From NCBI GenBank assembly GCA_964247055.1, contig OZ176053.1:13020001-13084000 (forward strand): a stretch of DNA of 64,000 nucleotides, given 5' to 3'. This DNA comes from Paragordius varius (taxonomy: Eukaryota; Animalia; Nematomorpha). A program made the translations under genes and the position numbers. How positions within the stretch are numbered: the stretch's first letter is position 1; each line of letters begins with the position of its first letter. This document shows positions 39,313 through 55,800 of this stretch, one piece after another. Under the pieces are notes generated by a model. That model was given only the letters and a program-made list of their open reading frames with translations, did not search any database and was not told the DNA's origin.

Positions 39313-42300
39313 CTCTTAGTAAGACTACATGAAAATATAGAGATAGTTTGACAGACTCTTTCATATCCGATTTTTACAACGATACTTTATAAATTAATGT
39401 ATTAAACTAGTCGCATCAATATTCAAGTTAAACTTTGTCCTTAAAACTCGGATATTGGTCACGGTGAACAAAATAATTTTTTATACATTCTCTTAGCAAG
39501 ACTACATCAAATAATAGAGATAGTTTGACAAACTCCTTCATATCCGATTTTTACAACGATACTTTATAAATTAATGTATAAAACTAGTCGTATCAATAAG
39601 TCGCATCAATACTCAAGTTAAACTTTGTCCTTAAACATCGGATATTGGTCACCGGTGAACAAAATAATTTTTTATACATTCTCTTAGTAAGACTACATCA
39701 AAATATAGAGATAGTTTGACAAACTCTTTCATATCTGATTTTTACAACGATACTTTAAAAATTATGGTATTAAACCAGTCGCATCAATACTCAAGTTAAA
39801 CTTTGTCCTTAAAAATCGGATATTGGTCACCGGTGAACAAAATAATTTTTTATACATTCTCTTAGCAAGACTACATCAAATAATAGAGATAGTTTGACAA
39901 ACTCTTTCATATCCGATTTTTACAACGATACTTTATAAATTAATGTATAAAACTAGTCGTATCAATAAGTCGCATCAATACTCAAGTTAAACTTTGTCCT
40001 TAAAAATCGGATATTGGTTACCGGTGAACAAAATAATCTTTTATACATTCTCTTAGTAAGACTACATCAAATTATAGAGATAGTTTGACAAACTCTTTCA
40101 TATCCGAATTTTACAACGATACTTTAAAAATTATGGTATAACCAGTCGCATCAATACTCAAGTTAAACTTTGTCCTTAAAAATCGGATATTGGTCACCGG
40201 TGAACAAAATTATTTTTTATACATTCTCTTAGTAAGACTACATCAAAATATAGAGATAGTTTGACAAACTCTTTCTATATCCGAATTTTACAACGATACT
40301 TTAAAAATTAATGTGTTAAACTAGTCGCATACTCAAGTTAAACTTTGTCCTTAAAAATCGGATATTGGTCACCGGTGAACAAAATTATTTTTTATACATT
40401 CTCTTAGTAAGACTACATTAAAATATAGAGATAGTTTGACAAACTCTTTCATATCCGATTTTTACAACGATACTTTAAAAATTAATGTATAAAACTAGTC
40501 GTATCAATAAATCGTATCAATACTCAAGTTAAACTTTGTCCTTAAAAATCGGATATTGGTCACCGGTGAACAAAATTATTTTTTATACATTCTCTTAGTA
40601 GGACTACATTAAAATATAGAGATATTTTGACAAACTCTTTCATATCCGATTTTTACAACGATACTTTAAAAATTAATGTGTTAAACTAGTCGCATTAATA
40701 ATCAAGTTAAACTTTGTCCTTAAAAATCGGATATTGGTCACCGGTGAACAAAATAATTTTTTATACATTCTCTTAGTAAGACTACATCAAAATATAGAGA
40801 TAGTTTGACAAACTCTTTCCATATCCGATTTTTACAACGATACTTTAAAAATTAATGTGTTAAACTAGTCGCATCAATACTCAAGTTAAACTTTGTCCTT
40901 AAAAATCGGATATTGGTCACCGAACAAAATTATTTTTTATACATTCTCTTAGTAAGACTACTTCAAAATATAGAGATAGTTTGACAAACTCTTTCATATC
41001 CGATTAAAAATTAATGTATTAAACTAGTCGCATCAATATTCAAGTTAAACTTTGTCCTTAAAAATCGGATATTGGTCACCGGTGAACAAAATAATTTTTT
41101 ATACATTCTAGTAAGACTACATCAAAATATAGAGATAGTTTGACAAACTCTTTCCATATCCGATTTTTACAACGATACTTTAAAAATTAATGTATTAAAC
41201 TAGTCGCATGATTACTCAAGTTAAACTTTGTCCTTAAAAATCGGATATTGGTCCCCGGTGAACCAAATAATTTTTTATACATTCTCTTAGTAAGACTACA
41301 TCAAAATATAGAGATAGTTTGACAAACTCTTTCATATCCGATTTTTACAACGATACTTTAAAAATTAATGTATTAAACTAGTCGCATCAATACTCAAGTT
41401 AAACTTTGTCCTTAAAAATCGGATATTGGTCACCGGTGAACAAAATTATTTTTTATACATTCTCTTAGTAAGACTACATCAAATAATAGAGATAGTTTGA
41501 CAAACTCTTTCATATCCGATTTTTACAACGATACTTTATAAATTAATGTATAAAACTAGTCGTATCAATAAGTCGCATCAATACTCAAGTTAAACTTATC
41601 CTTAAAAATCGGATATTGGTCCCCGGTGAACAAAATAATTTTTTATACATTCTCTTAGTAAGACTACATCAAAATATAAAGATAGTTTGACAAACTCTTT
41701 CATATCCGATTTTTACAACGATACTTTAAAAATTAATGTATTAAACTAGTCGCATCAATACTCAAGTTAAACTTTGTCCTTAAAAATCGGATATTGGTCA
41801 CCGGTAAACAAAATAATTTTTTATACATTCTCTTAGCAAGACTACATCAAATAATAGAGATAGTTTGACAAACTCTTTCATATCCGATTTTTACAACGAT
41901 ACTTTATAAATTAATGTATAAAACTAGTCGTATCAATAAGTCGCATCAATACTCAAGTTAAACTTTGTCCTTAAAAATCGGATATTGGTTACCGGTGAAC
42001 AAAATAATCTTTTATACATTCTCTTAGTAAGACTACATCAAATTATAGAGATAGTTTGACAAACTCTTTCATATCCGAATTTTACAACGATACTTTAAAA
42101 ATTATGGTATAACCAGTCGCATCAATACTCAAGTTAAACTTTGTCCTTAAAAATCGGATATTGGTCACCGGTGAACAAAATTATTTTTTATACATTCTCT
42201 TAGTAAGACTACATCAAAATATAGAGATATTTTGACAAACTCTTTCATATCCGATTTTTACAACGATACTTTAAAAATTAATGTGTTAATCTAGTCGCAT

Positions 42301-45300
42301 TAATACTCAAGTTAAACTTTGTCCTTAAAAATCGGATATTGGTCACCGGTGAACAAAATAATTTTTTATACATTCTCTTAGTAAGACTACATCAAAATAT
42401 AGAGATAGTTTGACAAACTCTTTCCATATCCGAATTTTACAACGATACTTTAAAAAGTAATGTGTTAAACTAGTCGCATACTCAAGTTAAACTTTGTCCT
42501 TAAAAATCGGATATTGGTCACCGGTGAACAAAATTATTTTTTATACATTCTCTTAGTAAGACTACATTAAAATATAGAGATAGTTTGACAAACTCTTTCA
42601 TATCCGATTTTTACAACGATACTTTAAAAATTAATGTATAAAACTAGTCGTATCAATAAATCGTATCAATACTCAAGTTAAACTTTGTCCTTAAAAATCG
42701 GATATTGGTCACCGGTGAACAAAATTATTTTTTATACATTCTCTTAGTAGGACTACATTAAAATATAGAGATAGTTTGGCAAACTCTTTCCTATCCGGAT
42801 TGTACAACGATACTTTAAAAATTAATGTATTAAACTAGTCGCATCAATACTCAAGTTAAACTTTGTCCTTAAAAATCGGATATTGGTCATCGGTGAACAA
42901 AATAATTTTTTATACATTCTCTTAGCAAGACTACATCAAATAATAGAGATAGTTTGACAAACTCTTTCATATCCGATTATTACAACAATACTTTATATAT
43001 TAATGTATAAAACTAATCGTATCAATAAGTCGCATCAATACTCAAGTTAAACTTTGTCCTTAAAAATCGGATATTGGTCACCGGTGAACAAAATAATTTT
43101 TTATACATTCTCTTAGTAAGACTACATCAAAATATAGAGATAGTTTGACAAACTCTTTCATATCCGGATTGTACAACGATACTTTAAAAATTATGGTATT
43201 AAACCAGTCGCATCAATACTCAAGTTAAACTTTGTCCTTAAAAATCGGATATTGGTCACCGGTGAACAAAATTACTTTTTATACATTCTCTTAGTAAGAC
43301 TACATCAAAATATAGAGATAGTTTGACAAACTCTATCATATCCGATTTTTACAACGATACTTTAAAAATTAATGTATTAAACTAGTCGCATCAATATTCA
43401 AGTTAAACTTTGTCCTTAAAAATCGGATATTGGTCACCGGTGAACAAAATAATTTTTTATACATTCTCTTAGCAAGACTACATCAAATAATAGAGATAGT
43501 TTGACAAACTCTTTCATATCCGATTTTTACAACGATACTTTATAAATTAATGTATAAAACTAGTCGTATCAATAAGTCGCATCAATACTCAAGTTAAACT
43601 TTGTCCTTAAAAATCGGATATTGGTCACCGGTGAACAAAATAATCTTTTATACATTCTCTTAGTAAGACTACATCAAATTATAGAGATAGTTTGACAAAC
43701 TCTTTCATATCCGATTTTTACAACGATACTTTAAAAATTATGGTATAACCAGTCGCATCAATACTCAAGTTAAACTTTGTCCTTAAAAATCGGATATTGG
43801 TCGCCGGTGAACAAAATTATTTTTTATACATTCTCTTAGCAAGACTACATCAAATAATAGAGATAGTTTGACAAACTCCTTCATATCCGATTTTTACAAC
43901 GATACTTTATAAATTAATGTATAAAACTAGTCGTATCAATAAGTCGCATCAATACTCAAGTTAAACTTTGTCCTTAAACATCGGATATTGGTCACCGGTG
44001 AACAAAATAATTTTTTATACATTCTCTTAGTAAGACTACATCAAAATATATAGATAGTTTGACAAACTCTTTCATATCTGATTTTTACAACGATACTTTA
44101 AAAATTATGGTATTAAACCAGTCGCATCAATACTCAAGTTAAACTTTGTCCTTAAAAATCGGATATTGGTCACCGGTGAACAAAATAATTTTTTATACAT
44201 TCTCTTAGCAAGACTACATCAAATAATAGAGATAGTTTGACAAACTCTTTCATATCCGATTTTTACAACGATACTTTATAAATTAATGTATAAAACTAGT
44301 CGTATCAATAAGTCGCATCAATACTCAAGTTAAACTTTGTCCTTAAAAATCGGATATTGGTCACCGGTGAACAAAATAATCTTTTATACATTCTCTTAGT
44401 AAGACTACATCAAATTATAGAGATAGTTTGACAAACTCTTTCATATCCGATTTTTACAACGATACTTTAAAAATTATGGTATAACCAGTCGCATCAATAC
44501 TCAAGTTAATCTTTGTCCTTAAAAATCGGATATTGGTCACCGGTGAACAAAATTATTTTTTATACATTCTCTTAGTAAGACTACATCAAAATATAGAGAT
44601 ATTTTGACAAACTCTTTCATATCCGATTTTTACAACGATACTTTAAAAATTAATGTGTTAAACTAGTCGCATTAATACTCAAGTTAAACTTTGTCCTTAA
44701 AAATCGGATATTGGTCACCGGTGAACAAAATTATTTTTTATACATTCTCTTAGTAAGACTACATCAAAATATAGAGATATTTTGACAAACTCTTTCATAT
44801 CCGATTTTTACAACGATACTTTATAAATTAATGTATAAAACTAGTCGTATCAATAAGTCGCATCGTTAAACTTTGTCCTTAAAAATCGGATATTGGTCAC
44901 CGGTGAACAAAATAATCTTTTATACATTCTCTTAGTAAGACTACATCAAATTATAGAGATAGTTTGACAAACTCTTTCATATCCGATTTTTACAACGATA
45001 CTTTAAAAATTATGGTATAACCAGTCGCATCAATACTCAAGTTAAACTTTGTCCTTAAAAATCGGATATTGGTCACCGGTGAACAAAATTATTTTTTATA
45101 CATTCTCTTAGTAAGACTACATCAAAATATAGAGATATTTTGACAAACTCTTTCATATCCGATTTTTACAACGATACTTTAAAAATTTATGTATTAAACT
45201 AGTCGCATCAATACTCAAGTTAAACTTTGTCCTTAAAAATCGGATATTGGTCATCGGTGAACAAAATAATTTTTTATACATTCTCTTAGCAAGACTACAT

Positions 45301-46017
45301 CAAATAATAGAGATAGTTTGACAAACTCTTTATATCCGATTATTACAACAATACTTTATATATTAATGTATAAAACTAATCGTATCAATAAGTCGCATCA
45401 ATACTCAAGTTAAACTTTGTCCTTAAAAATCGGATATTGGTCACCGGTGAACAAAATAATTTTTTATACATTCTCTTAGTAAGACTACATCAAAATATAG
45501 AGATAGTTTGACAAACTCTTTCATATCCGGATTGTACAACGATACTTTAAAAATTATGGCATTAAACCAGTCGCATCAATACTCAAGTTAAACTTTGTCC
45601 TTAAAAATCGGATATTGGTCACCGGTGAACAAAATAATTTTTTATACATTCTCTTAGCAAGACTACATCAAATAATAGAGATAATTTGACAAACTCTTTC
45701 ATATCCGATTTTTACAACGATACTTTATAAATTAATGTATAAAACTAGTCGTATCAATAAGTCGCATCAATACTCAAGTTAAACTTTGTCCTTAAAAATC
45801 GGATATTGGTTACCAGTGAACAAAATAATCTTTTATACATTCTCTTAGTAAGACTACATCAAATTATAGAGATAGTTTGACAAACTCTTTCATATCCGAT
45901 TTTTACAACGATACTTTAAAAATTATGGTATAACCAGTCGCATCAATACTCAAGTTAAACTTTGTCCTTAAAAATCGGATATTGGTCACCGGTGAACAAA
46001 ATAATTTTTTATACATT
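39313..46017 (+). repeat. HOR unit U2a (6705 bp, 37 monomers; truncated before the B-type island)
   Basis: It follows the U3 monomer order up to the equivalent of monomer 38, lacking monomer 6. At 46018 it jumps back to the monomer-6 type (GATATTTTGAC...AATGTGTTAATCTAG). Confidence 0.8.
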
Positions 46018-49000
46018 CTCTTAGTAAGACTACATCAAAATATAGAGATATTTTGACAAACTCTTTCATATCCGATTTTTACAACGATACTTTAAAAATT
46101 AATGTGTTAATCTAGTCGCATTAATACTCAAGTTAAACTTTGTCCTTAAAAATCGGATATTGGTCACCGGTGAACAAAATAATTTTTTATACATTCTCTT
46201 AGTAAGACTACATCAAAATATAGAGATAGTTTGACAAACTCTTTCTATATCCGAATTTTACAACGATACTTTAAAAATTAATGTGTTAAACTAGTCGCAT
46301 ACTCAAGTTAAACTTTGTCCTTAAAAATCGGATATTGGTCACCGGTGAACAAAATTATTTTTTATACATTCTCTTAGTAAGACTACATTAAAATATAGAG
46401 ATAGTTTGACAAACTCTTTCATATCCGATTTTTACAACGATACTTTAAAAATTAATGTATAAAACTAGTCGTATCAATAAATCGTATCAATACTCAAGTT
46501 AAACTTTGTCCTTAAAAATCGGATATTGGTCACCGGTGAACAAAATTATTTTTTATACATTCTCTTAGTAGGACTACATTAAAATATAGAGATATTTTGA
46601 CAAACTCTTTCATATCCGATTTTTACAACGATACTTTAAAAATTAATGTGTTAAACTAGTCGCATTAATAATCAAGTTAAACTTTGTCCTTAAAAATCGG
46701 ATATTGGTCACCGGTGAACAAAATAATTTTTTATACATTCTCTTAGTAAGACTACATCAAAATATAGAGATAGTTTGACAAACTCTTTCCATATCCGATT
46801 TTTACAACGATACTTTAAAAATTAATGTGTTAAACTAGTCGCATCAATACTCAAGTTAAACTTTGTCCTTAAAAATCGGATATTGGTCACCGAACAAAAT
46901 TATTTTTTATACATTCTCTTAGTAAGACTACTTCAAAATATAGAGATAGTTTGACAAACTCTTTCATATCCGATTAAAAATTAATGTATTAAACTAGTCG
47001 CATCAATATTCAAGTTAAACTTTGTCCTTAAAAATCGGATATTGGTCACCGGTGAACAAAATAATTTTTTATACATTCTAGTAAGACTACATCAAAATAT
47101 AGAGATAGTTTGACAAACTCTTTCCATATCCGATTTTTACAACGATACTTTAAAAATTAATGTATTAAACTAGTCGCATGATTACTCAAGTTAAACTTTG
47201 TCCTTAAAAATCGGATATTGGTCCCCGGTGAACCAAATAATTTTTTATACATTCTCTTAGTAAGACTACATCAAAATATAGAGATAGTTTGACAAACTCT
47301 TTCATATCCGATTTTTACAACGATACTTTAAAAATTAATGTATTAAACTAGTCGCATCAATACTCAAGTTAAACTTTGTCCTTAAAAATCGGATATTGGT
47401 CACCGGTGAACAAAATTATTTTTTATACATTCTCTTAGTAAGACCACATCAAATAATAGAGATAGTTTGACAAACTCTTTCATATCCGATTTTTACAACG
47501 ATACTTTATAAATTAATGTATAAAACTAGTCGTATCAATAAGTCGCATCAATACTCAAGTTAAACTTATCCTTAAAAATCGGATATTGGTCCCCGGTGAA
47601 CAAAATAATTTTTTATACATTCTCTTAGTAAGACTACATCAAAATATAAAGATAGTTTGACAAACTCTTTCATATCCGATTTTTACAACGATACTTTAAA
47701 AATTAATGTATTAAACTAGTCGCATCAATACTCAAGTTAAACTTTGTCCTTAAAAATCGGATATTGGTCACCGGTAAACAAAATAATTTTTTATACATTC
47801 TCTTAGCAAGACTACATCAAATAATAGAGATAGTTTACAAACTCTTTCATATCCGATTTTTACAACGATACTTTATAAATTAATGTATAAAACTAGTCGT
47901 ATCAATAAGTCGCATCAATACTCAAGTTAAACTTTGTCCTTAAAAATCGGATATTGGTTACCGGTGAACAAAATAATCTTTTATACATTCTCTTAGTAAG
48001 ACTACATCAAATTATAGAGATAGTTTGACAAACTCTTTCATATCCGATTTTTACAACGATACTTTAAAAATTAATGTGTTAATCTAGTCGCATTAATACT
48101 CAAGTTAAACTTTGTCCTTAAAAATCGGATATTGGTCACCGGTGAACAAAATAATTTTTTATACATTCTCTTAGTAAGACTACATCAAAATATAGAGATA
48201 GTTTGACAAACTCTTTCCATATCCGAATTTTACAACGATACTTTAAAAATTAATGTGTTAAACTAGTCGCATACTCAAGTTAAACTTTGTCCTTAAAAAT
48301 CGGATATTGGTCACCGGTGAACAAAATTATTTTTTATACATTCTCTTAGTAAGACTACATTAAAATATAGAGATAGTTTGACAAACTCTTTCATATCCGA
48401 TTTTTACAACGATACTTTAAAAATTAATGTATAAAACTAGTCGTATCAATAAATCGTATCAATACTCAAGTTAAACTTTGTCCTTAAAAATCGGATATTG
48501 GTCACCGGTGAACAAAATTATTTTTTATACATTCTCTTAGTAGGACTACATTAAAATATAGAGATAGTTTGGCAAACTCTTTCCTATCCGGATTGTACAA
48601 CGATACTTTAAAAATTAATGTATTAAACTAGTCGCATCAATACTCAAGTTAAACTTTGTCCTTAAAAATCGGATATTGGTCATCGGTGAACAAAATAATT
48701 TTTTATACATTCTCTTAGCAAGACTACATCAAATAATAGAGATAGTTTGACAAACTCTTTCATATCCGATTATTACAACAATACTTTATATATTAATGTA
48801 TAAAACTAATCGTATCAATAAGTCGCATCAATACTCAAGTTAAACTTTGTCCTTAAAAATCGGATATTGGTCACCGGTGAACAAAATAATTTTTTATACA
48901 TTCTCTTAGTAAGACTACATCAAAATATAGAGATAGTTTGACAAACTCTTTCATATCCGGATTGTACAACGATACTTTAAAAATTATGGTATTAAACCAG

Positions 49001-52000
49001 TCGCATCAATACTCAAGTTAAACTTTGTCCTTAAAAATCGGATATTGGTCACCGGTGAACAAAATTACTTTTTATACATTCTCTTAGTAAGACTACATCA
49101 AAATATAGAGATAGTTTGACAAACTCTTTCATATCCGATTTTTACAACGATACTTTAAAAATTAATGTATTAAACTAGTCGCATCAATATTCAAGTTAAA
49201 CTTTGTCCTTAAAAATCGGATATTGGTCACCGGTGAACAAAATAATTTTTTATACATTCTCTTAGCAAGACTACATCAAATAATAGAGATAGTTTGACAA
49301 ACTCTTTCATATCCGATTTTTACAACGATACTTTATAAATTAATGTATAAAACTAGTCGTATCAATAAGTCGCATCAATACTCAAGTTAAACTTTGTCCT
49401 TAAAAATCGGATATTGGTCACCGGTGAACAAAATAATCTTTTATACATTCTCTTAGTAAGACTACATCAAATTATAGAGATAGTTTGACAAACTCTTTCA
49501 TATCCGATTTTTACAACGATACTTTAAAAATTATGGTATAACCAGTCGCATCAATACTCAAGTTAAACTTTGTCCTTAAAAATCGGATATTGGTCACCGG
49601 TGAACAAAATTATTTTTTATACATTCTCTTAGCAAGACTACATCAAATAATAGAGATAGTTTGACAAACTCCTTCATATCCGATTTTTACAACGATACTT
49701 TATAAATTAATGTATAAAACTAGTCGTATCAATAAGTCGCATCAATACTCAAGTTAAACTTTGTCCTTAAACATCGGATATTGGTCACCGGTGAACAAAA
49801 TAATTTTTTATACATTCTCTTAGTAAGACTACATCAAAATATAGAGATAGTTTGACAAACTCTTTCATATCTGATTTTTACAACGATACTTTAAAAATTA
49901 TGGTATTAAACCAGTCGCATCAATACTCAAGTTAAACTTTGTCCTTAAAAATCGGATATTGGTCACCGGTGAACAAAATAATTTTTTATACATTCTCTTA
50001 GCAAGACTACATCAAATAATAGAGATAGTTTGACAAACTCTTTCATATCCGATTTTTACAACGATACTTTATAAATTAATGTATAAAACTAGTCGTATCA
50101 ATAAGTCGCATCAATACTCAAGTTAAACTTTGTCCTTAAAAATCGGATATTGGTCACCGGTGAACAAAATAATCTTTTATACATTCTCTTAGTAAGACTA
50201 CATCAAATTATAGAGATAGTTTGACAAACTCTTTCATATCCGATTTTTACAACGATACTTTAAAAATTATGGTATAACCAGTCGCATCAATACTCAAGTT
50301 AATCTTTGTCCTTAAAAATCGGATATTGGTCACCGGTGAACAAAATTATTTTTTATACATTCTCTTAGTAAGACTACATCAAAATATAGAGATATTTTGA
50401 CAAACTCTTTCATATCCGATTTTTACAACGATACTTTAAAAATTAATGTGTTAAACTAGTCGCATTAATACTCAAGTTAAACTTTGTCCTTAAAAATCGG
50501 ATATTGGTCACCGGTGAACAAAATTATTTTTTATACATTCTCTTAGTAAGACTACATCAAAATATAGAGATATTTTGACAAACTCTTTCATATCCGATTT
50601 TTACAACGATACTTTATAAATTAATGTATAAAACTAGTCGTATCAATAAGTCGCATCGTTAAACTTTGTCCTTAAAAATCGGATATTGGTCACCGGTGAA
50701 CAAAATAATCTTTTATACATTCTCTTAGTAAGACTACATCAAATTATAGAGATAGTTTGACAAACTCTTTCATATCCGATTTTTACAACGATACTTTAAA
50801 AATTATGGTATAACCAGTCGCATCAATACTCAAGTTAAACTTTGTCCTTAAAAATCGGATATTGGTCACCGGTGAACAAAATTATTTTTTATACATTCTC
50901 TTAGTAAGACTACATCAAAATATAGAGATATTTTGACAAACTCTTTCATATCCGATTTTTACAACGATACTTTAAAAATTTATGTATTAAACTAGTCGCA
51001 TCAATACTCAAGTTAAACTTTGTCCTTAAAAATCGGATATTGGTCATCGGTGAACAAAATAATTTTTTATACATTCTCTTAGCAAGACTACATCAAATAA
51101 TAGAGATAGTTTGACAAACTCTTTATATCCGATTATTACAACAATACTTTATATATTAATGTATAAAACTAATCGTATCAATAAGTCGCATCAATACTCA
51201 AGTTAAACTTTGTCCTTAAAAATCGGATATTGGTCACCGGTGAACAAAATAATTTTTTATACATTCTCTTAGTAAGACTACATCAAAATATAGAGATAGT
51301 TTGACAAACTCTTTCATATCCGGATTGTACAACGATACTTTAAAAATTATGGCATTAAACCAGTCGCATCAATACTCAAGTTAAACTTTGTCCTTAAAAA
51401 TCGGATATTGGTCACCGGTGAACAAAATAATTTTTTATACATTCTCTTAGCAAGACTACATCAAATAATAGAGATAATTTGACAAACTCTTTCATATCCG
51501 ATTTTTACAACGATACTTTATAAATTAATGTATAAAACTAGTCGTATCAATAAGTCGCATCAATACTCAAGTTAAACTTTGTCCTTAAAAATCGGATATT
51601 GGTTACCAGTGAACAAAATAATCTTTTATACATTCTCTTAGTAAGACTACATCAAATTATAGAGATAGTTTGACAAACTCTTTCATATCCGATTTTTACA
51701 ACGATACTTTAAAAATTATGGTATAACCAGTCGCATCAATACTCAAGTTAAACTTTGTCCTTAAAAATCGGATATTGGTCACCGGTGAACAAAATAATTT
51801 TTTATACATTCTCTTAGCAAGACTACATCAAATAATAGAGATAGTTTGACAAACTCTTTCATATCCGATTTTTACAACGATACTTTATAAATTAATGTAT
51901 AAAACTAGTCGTATCAATAAGTCGCATCAATACTCAAGTTAAACTTTGTCCTTAAAAATCGGATATTGGTCACCGGTGAACAAAATAATCTTTTATACAT

Positions 52001-52885
52001 TCTCTTAGTAAGACTACATCAAATTATAGAGATAGTTTGACAAACTCTTTCATATCCGATTTTTACAACGATACTTTAAAAATTATGGTATAACCAGTCG
52101 CATCAATACTCAAGTTAAACTTTGTCCTTAAAAATCGGATATTGGTCACCGGTGAACAAAATTATTTTTTATACATTCTCTTAGCAAGACTACATCAAAT
52201 AATAGAGATAGTTTGACAAATTCTTTCATATCCGATTTTTACAACGATACTTTAAAAATTTATGTATAAAACTAGTCGCATCAATACTCAAGTTAAACTT
52301 TGTCCTTAAAAATCGGATATTGGTCACCGGTGAACAAAACTATTTTTTATACATTCTTTTAGTAAGACTACATTAAAATATAGAGATAGTTTGACAAATT
52401 CTTTCATATCCGATTTTTACAACGATACTTTAAAAATTTATGTATAAAACTAGTCGCATCAATACTCAAGTTAAACTTTGTCAAAAATCGGATATTGGTC
52501 ACCGGTGAACAAAACTATTTTTTATAATTCTTTTAGTATGACTACATCAAAATATAGAGATAGTTTGACAAACTCTTTATTATCTGATTTTTACAACGAT
52601 ACTTTAAAAATTAATGTATAATTTAGCATACGACAATATTCAAGTTAAACTTTGTCCTTAAAAATCGGATATTGGTAACCGGTGAACGAAACTATTTTCT
52701 ATACATTCTCTTAGAAGGACTACATTAAAATATAGAGATAGTTTGACAAACTCTTTCATATCCGATTTTTACAACGATACTTTAAAAATTAATGTATAAA
52801 ACTAATCGCATCAATACTCAAGTTAAACTTTGTCTTTAAAAATCGGATATTGGTCACCGGTGAACAAAATTATTTTTTATACATT
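46018..52885 (+). repeat. HOR unit U2b (6868 bp, 38 monomers; monomers 6-44 with one lost near 48050)
   Basis: CCGATTAAAAA at 46974, CATCGTTAAAC at 50658 and TTATGGCATT at 51353. The length matches U3 monomers 6-44 minus one 176-bp monomer. Confidence 0.8.
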
Positions 52886-55800
52886 CTCTTAGTAAGACTA
52901 CATGAAAATATAGAGATAGTTTGACAGACTCTTTCATATCCGATTTTTACAACGATACTTTATAAATTAATGTATTAAACTAGTCGCATCAATATTCAAG
53001 TTAAACTTTGTCCTTAAAACTCGGATATTGGTCACGGTGAACAAAATAATTTTTTATACATTCTCTTAGCAAGACTACATCAAATAATAGAGATAGTTTG
53101 ACAAACTCCTTCATATCCGATTTTTACAACGATACTTTATAAATTAATGTATAAAACTAGTCGTATCAATAAGTCGCATCAATACTCAAGTTAAACTTTG
53201 TCCTTAAACATCGGATATTGGTCACCGGTGAACAAAATAATTTTTTATACATTCTCTTAGTAAGACTACATCAAAATATAGAGATAGTTTGACAAACTCT
53301 TTCATATCTGATTTTTACAACGATACTTTAAAAATTATGGTATTAAACCAGTCGCATCAATACTCAAGTTAAACTTTGTCCTTAAAAATCGGATATTGGT
53401 CACCGGTGAACAAAATAATTTTTTATACATTCTCTTAGCAAGACTACATCAAATAATAGAGATAGTTTGACAAACTCTTTCATATCCGATTTTTACAACG
53501 ATACTTTATAAATTAATGTATAAAACTAGTCGTATCAATAAGTCGCATCAATACTCAAGTTAAACTTTGTCCTTAAAAATCGGATATTGGTTACCGGTGA
53601 ACAAAATAATCTTTTATACATTCTCTTAGTAAGACTACATCAAATTATAGAGATAGTTTGACAAACTCTTTCATATCCGAATTTTACAACGATACTTTAA
53701 AAATTATGGTATAACCAGTCGCATCAATACTCAAGTTAAACTTTGTCCTTAAAAATCGGATATTGGTCACCGGTGAACAAAATTATTTTTTATACATTCT
53801 CTTAGTAAGACTACATCAAAATATAGAGATATTTTGACAAACTCTTTCATATCCGATTTTTACAACGATACTTTAAAAATTAATGTGTTAATCTAGTCGC
53901 ATTAATACTCAAGTTAAACTTTGTCCTTAAAAATCGGATATTGGTCACCGGTGAACAAAATAATTTTTTATACATTCTCTTAGTAAGACTACATCAAAAT
54001 ATAGAGATAGTTTGACAAACTCTTTCTATATCCGAATTTTACAACGATACTTTAAAAATTAATGTGTTAAACTAGTCGCATACTCAAGTTAAACTTTGTC
54101 CTTAAAAATCGGATTTTGGTCACCGGTGAACAAAATTATTTTTTATACATTCTCTTAGTAAGACTACATTAAAATATAGAGATAGTTTGACAAACTCTTT
54201 CATATCCGATTTTTACAACGATACTTTAAAAATTAATGTATAAAACTAGTCGTATCAATAAATCGTATCAATACTCAAGTTAAACTTTGTCCTTAAAAAT
54301 CGGATATTGGTCACCGGTGAACAAAATTATTTTTTATACATTCTCTTAGTAGGACTACATTAAAATATAGAGATATTTTGACAAACTCTTTCATATCCGA
54401 TTTTTACAACGATACTTTAAAAATTAATGTGTTAAACTAGTCGCATTAATAATCAAGTTAAACTTTGTCCTTAAAAATCGGATATTGGTCACCGGTGAAC
54501 AAAATAATTTTTTATACATTCTCTTAGTAAGACTACATCAAAATATAGAGATAGTTTGACAAACTCTTTCCATATCCGATTTTTACAACGATACTTTAAA
54601 AATTAATGTGTTAAACTAGTCGCATCAATACTCAAGTTAAACTTTGTCCTTAAAAATCGGATATTGGTCACCGAACAAAATTATTTTTTATACATTCTCT
54701 TAGTAAGACTACTTCAAAATATAGAGATAGTTTGACAAACTCTTTCATATCCGATTAAAAATTAATGTATTAAACTAGTCGCATCAATATTCAAGTTAAA
54801 CTTTGTCCTTAAAAATCGGATATTGGTCACCGGTGAACAAAATAATTTTTTATACATTCTAGTAAGACTACATCAAAATATAGAGATAGTTTGACAAACT
54901 CTTTCCATATCCGATTTTTACAACGATACTTTAAAAATTAATGTATTAAACTAGTCGCATGATTACTCAAGTTAAACTTTGTCCTTAAAAATCGGATATT
55001 GGTCCCCGGTGAACCAAATAATTTTTTATACATTCTCTTAGTAAGACTACATCAAAATATAGAGATAGTTTGACAAACTCTTTCATATCCGATTTTTACA
55101 ACGATACTTTAAAAATTAATGTATTAAACTAGTCGCATCAATACTCAAGTTAAACTTTGTCCTTAAAAATCGGATATTGGTCACCGGTGAACAAAATTAT
55201 TTTTTATACATTCTCTTAGTAAGACTACATCAAATAATAGAGATAGTTTGACAAACTCTTTCATATCCGATTTTTACAACGATACTTTATAAATTAATGT
55301 ATAAAACTAGTCGTATCAATAAGTCGCATCAATACTCAAGTTAAACTTATCCTTAAAAATCGGATATTGGTCCCCGGTGAACAAAATAATTTTTTATACA
55401 TTCTCTTAGTAAGACTACATCAAAATATAAAGATAGTTTGACAAACTCTTTCATATCCGATTTTTACAACGATACTTTAAAAATTAATGTATTAAACTAG
55501 TCGCATCAATACTCAAGTTAAACTTTGTCCTTAAAAATCGGATATTGGTCACCGGTAAACAAAATAATTTTTTATACATTCTCTTAGCAAGACTACATCA
55601 AATAATAGAGATAGTTTGACAAACTCTTTCATATCCGATTTTTACAACGATACTATATAAATTAATGTATAAAACTAGTCGTATCAATAAGTCGCATCAA
55701 TACTCAAGTTAAACTTTGTCCTTAAAAATCGGATATTGGTTACCGGTGAACAAAATAATCTTTTATACATTCTCTTAGTAAGACTACATCAAATTATAGA